A stretch of DNA of 64,000 nt from Leucoraja ocellata (taxonomy: Eukaryota): assembly GCA_036785375.1 (NCBI GenBank), contig JAWMAR010000594.1, positions 744,001 to 808,000 of the forward strand. Direction: 5' to 3'. The notes beneath the pieces were generated by a model, which ran no database searches, was not told the origin of the DNA, and was given only the letters and a program-made list of their open reading frames with translations. Positions 26,277 through 37,950 of this stretch are shown in pieces. The translations under genes and the position numbers were made by a program. Numbering within the stretch: the first letter of the stretch is position 1; each line of letters opens with the position of its first letter.

Positions 26277-27529
26277 ATGGCTGCTAGACAAAAGCGACTC
26301 GCTAAGAGAACTGGTGCCTGCCCGACTCTCCCCGAGGAGGGTTCGATATCTGGGCGGCAGCCACTGGCGGCGGGACCGCTTTTTGAGCGCTCCCCAACAC
26401 CTGAAACCGAGCCGCTCCCTGTGCCGCCGATTTCAACACCGCGCACAGGGAGGAAGTCCACTAGAAAAACGGATCGGCCGGTTGTCTCCGATTCATCGGA
26501 GGAAGAGGGCGTGTCTCCCCCAAAAAAGAGGAGAGACAGCCGCCTGAGCTGCTTAAAGCAGCTCCTCGAGCAAATGCTCGACCAAGAGATGCAGGACAAG
26601 CATTCTCATGGAGGAAGGGCATATGCCTCCTCTACACTATCAGCACACCCCTCTGCTCCCTCTTTATTCGAGGCTAGCAAGGGAGGCCAGGGCTGGGCTG
26701 GCTTACAACAAGGGCAGGCGGACGATTGTAGGAGTATGCCAGGGGAGCAGGATCAAGTAGTGCTGCTGGGTGTCGTCGGCCGCTATGCGGCGCCTCCACG
26801 CGCAGGGAGACTACTGGAGCCCAGGATGGCATCCAGTATCAATCAGCTTTCAAATAAAGCCCTGCAGGAGAAGGTCCTCCTAGAAGCTCTAGAACAATAC
26901 ACAGCGCCGGGGAATTGTGAGGCGCTGAAAGTCAAGAGTGTCAACGGATAAATCTGGAGGCAGCTGGGTCAACAGATCCGCGGACAAGAGCTGAAAATGC
27001 AGCGCATTCTGAAGCTCCTCACAGCGGCTATCACCGCTTTCGCTCGTTCAACAGAAAATACTGAAATGACCACCTGCCAGCAGGATGTATTAGCACTCAT
27101 GTGTAATACACAGTATGAAATCAATAACCTGAGGCGAGATAACATAAGACCTGCCCTGAACCCCAAATATGCGGGGCTGTGCAAAGCCCCTGCAGCAGAA
27201 ACAGAGGCTCTGCTGTTTGGGGCCGACCTGACAAAAAGGCTAAAAGACCTGGAAGAGGCAGCTAAACCTGTGGGCCTCATGAGGGCAGGCCCGGGAACGA
27301 GCAGGACACCAACACCCAGCTGGCAGCACCCCTCGGCATCCACCAGTAAACGTCCACAACCAAGGACTGGTGAAAGCTCGGGGACCGCTTCATATTACCC
27401 CCAAAGGTCTTTTTTAGACATGGGCCCAGAGGGACCCCATGGAAGATGAGCCGCCCTTCGACAGCACCAACATCAGCATACCAGCAGAGCCGCGCCTACA
27501 AGAAGAAACAGCTCAGAAAACGGCAATAA
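26277..27529 (+). pseudogene. DIRS gag-like ORF1 (two frameshifts)
   Basis: ORF pieces 26085..26951 and 26997..27449 align to the intact gag at 42137 (PGNC.AL.V.SVN, LTA.ITA.AR, P.L.PK.AGLCK). Confidence 0.85.
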
Positions 27530-29466
27530 ACTTGGAGGTAGGTGGGTCTGGTTCCTGCCAGCATACACAGAACAAGGGTGCTCTACTAACAGGGGGGCGT
27601 TTACACTTGTTCAAAAAAGCTTGGGGTACTGTCACAAATAACAAATATATACTCAACAGTATTAGTGGATACAAAATTGAATTTAAAATGGGCATATTAC
27701 CACCGGTTCAGCATATACCCCAAAGGGTATTTTCCCCCTCTGAGAAAGAGAAGCGGGAAGGACAAGCTGAACTAGAAAGGCTCATGTTAAAAGGAATCAT
27801 TGAAAAGACCAGACATGAACCATTGGTATTTGTATCAAACATATTTACTAAAACTAAAAAAGATGGTGGATGTCGCATCATCATTGATCTAACATCACTA
27901 AATAAATCTGTTGAGTATATACACTTCAAAATGGAGACGTTTGTCACTGCCAGACAGCTGATCTCCAAAGGATACTTCATGGCAAGCATTGATATCAAAG
28001 ATGCTTACTATCTAATACCCATACACAAGGATCATTATAGATACCTAAAATTTATCTGGATGGGGCAACTATGGCAGTATAAAGCATTGCCTAATGGCCT
28101 AACCTTAGCCCCCAGATTATTTACAAAAATACTAAAAGTAGCCATGAAAATATTAAGAAAACAAAAGCATATAGTCATGGCATATTTGGATGATATCCTC
28201 ATATTACGGAAAACCAAGGAATTAGCTGTGGCAGCAGTTCTAGCTACAAAACAGCTCCTTGAAACACTGGAGTTCGTCCTACACCCAGATAAATCCAAAT
28301 TGAAGCCGTTAACTACCATGGATTACTTAGGCTTCACTATTAATTCAATCCATATGACTGTTACTTTGCCAAGGGAAAAAGTGGTTGCATTAGCACAATC
28401 ATGCAACAATTTAATAGTCAATAAACGACCAACAATTCGACAAGTTGCCAGAGTAATTGGAATGATTGTAGCAGCAATTCCAGCTACACAATTCGGACCT
28501 TTGCACTATCAAAATCTACTGAGAGCAAAGGTACAGGCACTACATCGATGCTCGGGTCATTATGACCGAAATATGTATTTACCCACTGAAGCTATATCAG
28601 AACTACAGTGGTGGGCAGACAATGTTTGGCACAGTTTCAGTCCTATTATCATCACCAATCCTAACTTAGTTATCAAAACAGATGCCAGTGCTTTAGGCTG
28701 GGGAGCAACTAACTCCATATCCAGCACAGGTGGCAGATGGACTAATTCAGAGTCATCGTTACTACACTCACTGGGCATCAACTATTTGGAAATGTTGGCC
28801 GCCTACTATGGGTTAAAAGCATATGCATCTAAAATGCAGCACGTGCATGTTAGGTTACAGATCGATAATACTACGGTGGTGGCTTACGTTAACCACATGG
28901 GTGGCATAAAATCATTATCATGCGACAAATTGGTCAATGCAATCTGGCTATGGTGTGTCAAAAGACATATTTGGTTATCAGCTGCCTATCTACCAGGTAA
29001 GCTAAATACAGTGGCAGACACCAGGTCACGAAAATTCAATGATAACATCGAATGGATGTTAGATCCAAAAATCTTTGCTAAAATTATTAAGCAATATGGA
29101 ACGCCAGATATCGATTTGTTTGCATCAAGATTGAATCACCAGTTACCTATGTATGTGGCTTGGGAACCAGACCCAGAGGCAGCAGCGGTAGATGCTTTCA
29201 CGCTGGATTGGGGAAATTTCTTCTTCTATGCTTTCCCTCCCTTCTGCCTCATCAGTCGGGTACTCCAGAAAATTCAGACTGACTCTGCTTCTGGAATTTT
29301 GGTCGTACCCGACTGGCCTACCCAACCATGGTTCCCAGTCCTTCACGACATGCTGGTCGAGTCACCAATGGTTTTCCAAAGCAACCCACAACTGCTGACT
29401 CACCCAGTATCCGGCATGAGTCACCCATGCCATCAATATATTAAACTCCTGGTTTGTAGGTTCTAA
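27439..29466 (+). CDS. DIRS pol: reverse transcriptase + RNase H + N6-adenine-methyltransferase-like domain
   Basis: 675-aa open frame; IDIKDAY, LPNGL, YLDD; RNase H TDAS/INYLE/IDN/ADTRSR; MT-like DIDLFAS...YAFPPF...WPTQPWF. Confidence 0.92.
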   Translation: MEDEPPFDSTNISIPAEPRLQEETAQKTAINLEVGGSGSCQHTQNKGALLTGGRLHLFKKAWGTVTNNKYILNSISGYKIEFKMGILPPVQHIPQRVFSPSEKEKREGQAELERLMLKGIIEKTRHEPLVFVSNIFTKTKKDGGCRIIIDLTSLNKSVEYIHFKMETFVTARQLISKGYFMASIDIKDAYYLIPIHKDHYRYLKFIWMGQLWQYKALPNGLTLAPRLFTKILKVAMKILRKQKHIVMAYLDDILILRKTKELAVAAVLATKQLLETLEFVLHPDKSKLKPLTTMDYLGFTINSIHMTVTLPREKVVALAQSCNNLIVNKRPTIRQVARVIGMIVAAIPATQFGPLHYQNLLRAKVQALHRCSGHYDRNMYLPTEAISELQWWADNVWHSFSPIIITNPNLVIKTDASALGWGATNSISSTGGRWTNSESSLLHSLGINYLEMLAAYYGLKAYASKMQHVHVRLQIDNTTVVAYVNHMGGIKSLSCDKLVNAIWLWCVKRHIWLSAAYLPGKLNTVADTRSRKFNDNIEWMLDPKIFAKIIKQYGTPDIDLFASRLNHQLPMYVAWEPDPEAAAVDAFTLDWGNFFFYAFPPFCLISRVLQKIQTDSASGILVVPDWPTQPWFPVLHDMLVESPMVFQSNPQLLTHPVSGMSHPCHQYIKLLVCRF

Positions 29467-30007
29467 ACAGACCTTACCAGGGACTGGGATTATCAGAAAG
29501 AACAATCACCACCATGTCGGCAGCCCTGCGGAATTCCACCAAGAAGCAGTACCTGACGTACATCAAAAAATGGGAGAAATACTGCTTGGACGCAGGGACA
29601 ACATATGAAACTGCCACAATCACCGACGTGTTGGAGTTCCTGGCCCACTTACACCATGATGAGACGATGAGCTACAGTGCCGTAAATGCAACACGAAGCG
29701 CCCTGTCTGCTTATCTAAAACCAGCAGGACACCAGAGCATAGGGTCCCATCCACTGGTGATAAAACTCCTAAAGGGTATTTATAATAACAAACCCCCATA
29801 CCCATGTATGGGATATTAGTGTGGTGTTATCATATCTCAGAGGATGGCCACCAGCTGGATCCCTCAGTCTAGAGGAGTCTACGCTAAAAACACTCATGCT
29901 CATGGCTCTCGTATCCGCTCAAAGGGTCCAGTCACTACACAAGCTACGACTGGACAACATGGTAATTACCCCAGACTGCATCACATTCGTTATTTCAGAT
30001 CTGGTGA
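29460..30007 (+). pseudogene. DIRS tyrosine recombinase, N-terminal half
   Basis: STKKQY..W, MSYSAVNATRSALS, GSHPLV, MALVSAQRVQSL; frameshift near 29800; truncated before HxxR/Y. Confidence 0.88.
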
Positions 30008-31261
30008 ACAGTATAGCACTGCCTATCCAATGCCAGTATATCTTAAGTAAGGAGATCAAAGCTGTGCATTGTACATTGTGCATTGCAAAACGTCCGTAAA
30101 AACTTCTTTCAAACATCTCAAGGTAATTTACAGAAGAGGAACCAGACAACATGTGACACAAAATTTGACATGATTGAGGAAAAAGGTTTGTCAAGAAAGT
30201 AAGTTTTCAGGAGACCGATGTATTGAAGTATGGAGTTTTGGGAAGGGAATTCTCGAGTGGAGAGCTAGGTAGGAACAGGCCCTACAAAGCTTTTCAAAAA
30301 GGGGGGTGGCATGACAGTATTACAAAAATTGTATGTGAAATAATGTGCGCACAATGCACATCACGAGCGCAAAGCTCGAAGTCCCTCGCAGCCGGGGTCC
30401 AGGGCCCGCGGGCCCTGGAAGCTGGGGTTTTAGATGCTCTCTGGTGCATTCTGAGCCATATTTTGGAGCATTTTTGAACCAAATGTACGACCAATAGTTC
30501 AGAAATAATTTTGGTTGAGTCAAAAGTAATGAGCGGGTGGAATGGGATGATTGGGGACGTTGTATACATTTTTTAAATCAAGAATTGAAGCTGTCCTTGT
30601 TTTAATAATCAAGTTGTACTGTTGTAAAATGTTATAAAGGATGTAAAAGCTGCTAAATAAAATACTGTAAGTTTTTGTGTTGATTTGATTGCGTTACTGT
30701 TCGACTGTGTTAGTGTGTGCAGTGCACCTTTAATGGTCCTCCTGACCCAACAACTTCACATCACATCAATTTCAACATAGAAGTGATGTGAATACAACAT
30801 TTAGTTCGACTTCAATTTCTATCATGAAATTTGTCAAACGAAATGGTGCATTTACATTCCTATGATCGCTTTCAAACTAACCTATTTTACTGTCATACTA
30901 TTATAACAGATTCTAGTTTCATGATGACTCATAAACAAGATCACAAATCTCATTTTGAATTCTCAAACACAATGTGATTGTGAATAATTGCAGAGCTGCC
31001 AAGTTTCACCGAGGATTTCCGTATTTTGATGGCTGAAAATCAGTATTTTGTTGGGAAAATCGGTATTTCTTACATAAATGTAATAGAACGTACTGCACAG
31101 AAACTGGATTTTTGAAAATCAGTATTTTGCATGCCTCATGTATTCTCAAATATCAGTATGGAATACTGAAAATCAGTACAACTGAATTGTGAAACCATTT
31201 TTGAAATGTGAATTTATAATTTATAATTCTTGATTTTGATTCAATCATATATTTTCTATTT

Positions 31262-32680
31262 TATATACTTAAAACTCTGATCTTGGATGTGTGTCTGTGT
31301 GTGAGAGTGTAATCACACCTGCTCGAAAAAACAACACCCTAACGGTAACATTTTTACATATTCCTGTAGAGATTTATCCCGTGGACTCCGAAATTGCTTA
31401 ATCTAAAAATTCATGCATTATTTCTCGAGTTATTAATCAAGATGTTCAAAAATCTCAAAAAACGTAGAAAATAAAACCGAACGGCTTTGGCTGATGACAT
31501 CACAATGGCTGCACGCTCTGTTCACACGCTGCATGTGACGTTGCCCGCTCATAGCGGCTGCGCCCTCCTCGCTCGGGGTCCTCGGGTCCATGACCGCCCA
31601 CGGCCTCCCTCGAGTTCACTTTTGCCCGCAGCCCTCTCTGTCTCTGCCCTCGAGCGCCCCCCTCACTCGGGGTCCTTGGGTCCATGACCGGCCGCCAGCC
31701 TGCAGCCTCCCTCGAGTCCACGTCCGCCCGCATCCCTCTCCCTGTCTCTGCCCTCTCCCCATCTCAAAAAGATGCCGCAAATCAGAAACCGAAACTCTAA
31801 AAGGCAGCAATCTCCCCTCTCCCTGTCTCTGCACTCTCCCTGTCCCTGGAGCCTGCAGCAAAGGAGTATTGCATTCAGGAACGAGCCCTCCCCTGTGACG
31901 ACCCCTCCCCAGCCCCCCGACTCTGGATTGAAGCTGCTGAACACAGTCCTTTGGTTGACGCCCGCACCGCTCCCCGCTCCTCCCCCACCACCTCCTCTCT
32001 CCCCCCTCCTCTTGCCCTCCGGCCTCTTTCCCCCTCGTCTTGTCCCCCGGCCTCTCTCTCCCTTGGTCCAGTAACTATTAAAAGTCTCATCTTAGATGTG
32101 TGTGTTTTTGTTCGTGTGAGTGTTTGTTGGTGTATAACCATATAACAATTACAGCACGGAAACAGGCCATCTCGGCCCTACAAGTCCGTGCCGAATAACT
32201 TTTTTTCCCCTTAGTCCCACCTGCCTGCACTCATACCATAACCCTCCATTCCCTTCTCATCCATATGCCTATCCAATTTATTTTTAAATGATACCAATGA
32301 ACCTGCCTCCACCACTTCCACTGGAAGCTCATTCCACACTGCTACCACTCTCTGTATAATCACATCTTCTTGAAAAAACAGCGTGCTAACGGTGAAATTT
32401 TTATATATTTCGGTAGATTTTTCCCCTGGAGTCCAAAATCGCCTTACCTGAAAATTTCTTGCTTTATTTCTTGTTATTAATGAAAATCTTTAAAAATCTG
32501 ACAAACTTTGAAATCTGCGCACGCTGCAAGTGTCGTCACCCCCCTCCCCCCCACTCATTGGTTGATGGCCGCTCCCCGCTGCTCCTCTCGCCCCATCCTT
32601 TCCCCTCCCCTCGCACCCCCCTCCCCCGGCCACTCTCCCCGCCCCCCCCCCCCCCCCCCCCGTCGCCACGCCAGCAGCAT
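31262..32680 (+). mobile_element. Two tandem related non-autonomous Helitron-like repeats (starts ~31262 and ~32072); the second is interrupted by a CR1 3' fragment (32138-32353, TSD TGTATAA)
   Basis: Homologous heads (tact.aaa..ct..atctt.gatgtgtgt...aatcaca...ctaacggt.a.attttta.atatt) each followed by GC/C-rich tracts; Helitron assignment is by resemblance only. Confidence 0.4.
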
Positions 32681-32749
32681 CCCAGGGTGCACCAGTAACC
32701 ACGCCAGCAGCGCTCTGAGAAGCAGCAGCAGGTTGCCTCAAGGAGCCGC

Positions 32750-33052
32750 TCGGACAGTTTCTTCGAGCACTACGGACTCGAGCCCGAGGTGATCGAGAAC
32801 CTGGCCAGGTAGAGGTTTGCCACCGACGCCGCCTTCGAAAGCCTTGCCCTCAAGTTTCGCAGCGTGAGCTGCCCAGTCGGAGAGCAAGACGTCCCGGCAC
32901 AATAGCAGCGATAACGGCAACTAGCCGCTCCGGGGGAAGAACAAGCCTCTGCTCTCTCAGTCATCGAGCACAACGCCAGGGTCATCCAGTGGCTGTACGG
33001 CTGCAAGAGGGCCAAGGAGCCCAAAGGCAAGGCTCCCTCTGTCCTGGTGTAG
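32750..33052 (+). pseudogene. FAM110-like: FAM110-family C-terminal domain fragment with in-frame stops
   Basis: Manual translation: SDSFFEHYGLEPEVIENLAR*RF...LALKFRSVS...LSVIEHNARVIQWLYGCKRAKE..V*. Matches the FAM110 C-terminal pattern FFxxCGLDPE.LENL / LxFRSxS / SxIERNARxIKWLY. Confidence 0.75.
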
Positions 33053-34799
33053 AATAAAAAAATATTGCGCCCCAATTTTTTTTTTCACTCTGGATCTTTT
33101 TTTACTCTGGAAAAAAACTGGGGTTTGACTGCACCCGTCGCACCCCCCCTTTGGTCGCGCATGTAGGAAGCAAGCAGTGAGCTGACTGAAGAAGAGACTA
33201 GAGAACAAAAAACGGATGGACGATATTAACCTGAAATGTAAATTCTCTTTCTCTTTCCACAGATACTACCTATACTCGAGTATCTCAATATATTCTGCTC
33301 TATTGAACAAGAGACCGATTAGATTAGATTAAAAGGAGGAATGAAGCGAAGCATAAATGAGATGGGTGGTGGTCAGCGTATAATGCTTGAGCATTCCTGG
33401 TGCAGTAGTGGCAACCCCTCAACCCAAGACTCCTTGAAAATGTAAAATTCCAAACATGGACCGAGGTAATTCCTAACAGGCATTGAGGCGGAAAATGTTG
33501 GACTTTTAGTTTTAGTACCGAATCTGTTCTCCGTCCTCATAAAGGCAATGAGAAGACCTGAAAACACAAACACTAATCACGTCAGCCGGAAGCGTGCCAT
33601 GGACATGGGCCAACGATGATAACTTATGTTGCTCATTCACAGAAGGAAGTGTAATGATTCACTTCAGCTTAAATCTGTTTCTGCTTCATAATTATCTGGT
33701 CGACTGATCTATCAGGGTAGTCCCTTCCCACATGCCTAGCCAGTCTGGAATTAAACTGTCAGGTGACCGCCTAAAGTGCCTCAACTCTCAAAGCACGCAA
33801 GAAGTTTACTGTGTGTTTATTTGTTGTCAATTTTCCCTTAGAGATACGAGAGGAGGATTCAAAAATGTCTCGAGTTATGTTTGAATCAACGTGCAATGGA
33901 ATATAAATACAATCTGCTGACTAGTCAGAGACAACACAAAATGCATTAATTTGGCTCTTGGTAAATGCAAAGCCAAACTGAACAAGGTCTGTTTCCTCTG
34001 TTTCTCTGCTAGTTCATGCACGTAATCATGCTTTCTGCTCCAACTCCTTTGTAGCCCAAGCCACGTAGTACATGCTTGTAGGTGCCAGCATGAGATTCCA
34101 CCAGGAGTCTCTGGGCACTGAGGAGACTTGTCACTGGTTATTGCTCTGAGGAGCATCTTTAAACAGACTGTCAGTGACCTCTTGCTTAAGGATGATAAGG
34201 TCCTTTATTTTACCAATGTCAAGGCCTTGTAATTGGGAGATAATGGCTGCTTGTCAAAGGCTTTGGACGCACTAGTGCAGATGGGATGAGTGTACTTTCA
34301 AATGGAAATTACCCACAGGCATAATCTGCTGTTGAAAAGAATGAGAACTGAATCATTCTATACGATTAAGCTGTTGCTCTTACTGTTCTCACAATCTAAT
34401 GCACTCAATCAATCCCACAAAACAAACTCTAACTCGGCTTTCTGTCCAACAAGTAACAAAAATAAATGTTTATTCTGTCCAACAAAACAAAAACAACAAG
34501 TCATTCTGCAGGAATGCAATGGAACAAAATATTACTGTGCTTTTTCATAATGAAGATAGAATAGAGAATGCAATGCTTGGCAAGAGAGACTGGGTTTAAG
34601 GGGCTCTCAGGAGAGAGGAAAATGTGTGGTAGGATATCCTAGAGAAGACATTCATGCAGAGAGGGCTGAATAAGCTAATAGGGTCTAAAGTTGAAGTCAT
34701 GACTGCCTTCAGAGGTGGGAAGGAGTAATGGTCTAGAACTTACAGAACATCCCATTGTAGAACATGAGACAAAAGGTCCAAACAAAAATAATGATGAAA

Positions 34800-35330
34800 C
34801 AGTATGCAGGAAAGAGATCAGGAAACTTGTCATGGTGTCAGGACAACAACATAGTTCTTAACGTCAAAATAGTTAGTTATTGACCGAAGGAAGCAAAGGG
34901 GTTAACATAACCCTGTCCTCATTAATTGAGCTACTACAGAGATGGTCAACAGTATCAAGTTCCTAAGCATCGTTATCACCAGTAACCTAACCTGATGCAG
35001 TGATGAAGAAAGCATATCAGTGCATTTACTATCTTAGATATTTGAAAAGATTACGTTTGTGCGCGAGAATTGTCTTTTATAGATGTGCCACATGAAGTAT
35101 TCTGACGGGAAGCATCTTGGCCTGGTATGACAACTGCTCTGTTCGCCTGAACATGCAGAGAGTGGAGGAAGCAGCCCAGTCCACCATTTCATTCATCCAG
35201 TCCATTTTCATGCTGCATTGCATCAGAAAAGGCTGCAAGTAATGGCAAGCATGCCTGCCACTCAGCCATTCCCTTTTCTCTCTTTTACGTTCTGGGAAAG
35301 CCCCAACGTCCAGACTTAAGAACAGCTTAG
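34800..35330 (+). mobile_element. Old Rex1-like LINE 3' fragment
   Basis: tggtgtcaggacaacaac..., aagttccta.gcatc, gcctggtatg.caactgctctg patterns of the Rex1 RT C-terminus. Confidence 0.55.
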
Positions 35331-37247
35331 TTTAGTTTAGAGATACAGCAATGGAAACAGGTCCTTTCGACCACCAAGTCCACGCCGACCAGTGATCACC
35401 CATACACAGAGAAAACCCACAGTCACAGAGAGAAAGTACAAACCATACAGACAGCACCGTAGTAAGGGTTGAACCCAGGTCTCTGTTGCTGTAAAGTAGC
35501 AACTCTACCACTGCGCCACTGTGCTGCCCTTCTTCCGCACTCCATTAGATTCCTGAACCAATCACCTATTTCACACCCATTTCTTGGAAGTTTTGCAGTG
35601 TACTCTTACTCTTAACTCTATCTCACTTGCATATTTTTTTCATTTACCACGCATCATTGTATTTATTGCAATAAAAAGGAACTGCAGATGCTAATTTATA
35701 CCAAAGATAGACACCAAATGCTGGAGTAATTCAGCAGGTCAGGCAGCATCTCTAGAGGACATGGATAGGTGACGTTTCTCGGTGGGACCCTTCTTCAGAC
35801 TGATCGTGTGTGAGTAGTGGGAGTGGAATTGTGAAAATAACAGGACAAATCAGGTCTGGGCAACAGATGACCTCAGGAAAAGAGGTACCCTGATGGTCTA
35901 ATTGTTGGCTAGAGACAGTGTTAGCCCATGAGGGATACATTGTTGCAAACTATGGAACTGGTTAATGAACTTAGTAGCGAAAGGGGGGGAAAAGTAATTC
36001 TTGTATTCATTATTTTTGTTTACTATGAGCTTCATGTGAACAAGGAATTTCGTTACATCCTGGTTATATATGACAATAAACTAATCTAATCTGATCTAAG
36101 TTCATCCCTTAAAGTGAGGTAGAGGTTCAGGGAGTGCCTATTTATTTATTTCTATCTACTATTATCTTCTATTCTATGGAATAACTCTTATATGAGCTCC
36201 ATGCAATGAACAAAGGCAGGTTTGGATGAATTTAGTGCATGGGTGGGCTGGATTCAGACCGATTGCACAGCTCTGTGATGTCCCTCAACAGCGCTTATAA
36301 CAAGGAATTCATGTTCTATTTAAATGTGGTATTCAAAGTATTTTACAGTAACCAGAATTGAAGTGGGTGTTAAATTGATGTCAGTCACTCTCTTAAGTAG
36401 AATTCCTTCCAACAGCTCTACCATTCCACTGCTGGGTGAATTATTATATAAGGAAAAGCCATGCCTCTGCATTGAGAAGTGGACAATTCTGCAGCACGTT
36501 GGCACAGCAGTTAGCACTGCTACATCACGGCTCCAGTGAATTAGGTTGAATCCTGACCTCCTGTGCTGCCTATGTGGAGTTTGCATGTTCTCCCCATACT
36601 GTGTGGGTTTCCTCCCCATGTCAAAGATGTGAGGGTTAATTGGCCACTGTGAGTCACCCCAAATGTAGCTTGTCCCACCGTTTAGCCACATTTGGCCCAT
36701 ATCCCTCGAATCCTTTCATATACTTATCCTGTCCAAATGTCTTTTAAATGTTGTAACAGAAACTGCCTCAACCCCTTCCCCCCCTCTGGCATCTCATTCC
36801 ATATACCATCACCCCATCCATGTGAAAAAAGTTGCTCTTCAAGTTCCTATTAAATCGTTCTCCAATCATCTTAAACCGATGTCCTCTGGTTCTTAATTCC
36901 CCTTCTAATTCTGTGCATCTACCATATCTATTCCCCTCATACACTATAAGATCACCTCTCATCCTCTTGCACTCCAAGGAATGATGTTCTAGCCTGTTCA
37001 ACCTCTTCCTATAGCTCAGGCCCACATGAACTGGCAACATCCTAGTAAATCTTCTTTGCACTCTTTCCAGCTTAACATCTTTCCTCTGGCAGGGTGGTCA
37101 AAACTGAACACAATATACCAAAACTCCTTGGTGTTTTACTATATGTGTATTTTGTACTAATGTCTTGTTTTCATGCACAATCTTTTTCTTTTCACTTATG
37201 CGTAATTTATGTTTTGTCTGAGTTTATGTGTGGCATGGTGGTCTTTG

Positions 37248-37556
37248 GGCGGCACGGTGGCGCAGCGGTAGAGTTGCTACCTCATAGTGCCAGAGACCCG
37301 GGTTAGATCCTGACTACAGGCGCTGACTGTACAGAGTTTGTACATTCTCCCCGTGACCGCGTGGGTTTTCACCGGGTGCTCCGGTTTCCTCCCACATTCC
37401 AAAGACATACAATACAGAATGGTTGTAGGTTAATTGGCTTTGGTAAAAATTGTAAATTGTCCCCAGTGTGTATGATAGTGCCAGTGTACGGGGATCGCTG
37501 GTCGACGCAGAATTGGTGAGCCGAAGGCCCTGTTTGCGTATTGTATTTCTAATCTA
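37248..37556 (+). mobile_element. tRNA-derived V-SINE (HE1-like); degraded relatives at ~35325-35530 (-) and 36495-36670 (+)
   Basis: A box TGGCGCAGCGG, B box GGTTAGATCC, V-domain gagtttgtacattctccccgtgaccgcgtgggtttt...ggtttcctcccaca, CR1-like tail. Confidence 0.8.
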
Positions 37557-37950
37557 ACCAAAAAAAAAATGTGCCCATGATGCTGCTGCAGCCAGATTTT
37601 CATTGTATGTGTGCCATACTATGGATATTGTGCATATTACAATAAACTTGACGAGCAATACACAAATGGCTGGAGGTGCTCAATGGGTCAGTCGTATCTC
37701 GGGAGGAAATGAACAGGTGACGTTTAAGTCTGCAGATAGGTCCCAATCTGAAATGTTACCTGTTCATTCCCTTCCTAGGTGTTGCCTAACTGGCTGAATT
37801 CCTCCATCCCTGTGTGTTTTGCTCATGATTTCAGCATCTGCAGTCTATTTTGTCTCAACTTGACTTGCTTTTTAGATTATATACAGACAGAAATGAAATG
37901 TTGATTTCATCAGCAAAGCTATTGATTGATTGAAGATGATTGAGTTGAAT

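Larger units (their letters stand above)
26101..30007 (+). mobile_element. DIRS1 retrotransposon, 3'-truncated (copy C, divergent family)
   Basis: Left terminus TTTTACTTCGGAGTCACGTGAGTGACTACGTGAAGA at 26101; gag, open pol, frameshifted and truncated YR; no ICR or right ITR. Confidence 0.93.

Noticed and set aside
33373-34156. Short minus-strand ORFs (33373-33573, 33875-34156) as host exons
   Set aside because: No recognisable domain and no consistent donor/acceptor pairs
37248-37320. tRNA gene
   Set aside because: The A/B boxes belong to a V-SINE head; no complete cloverleaf
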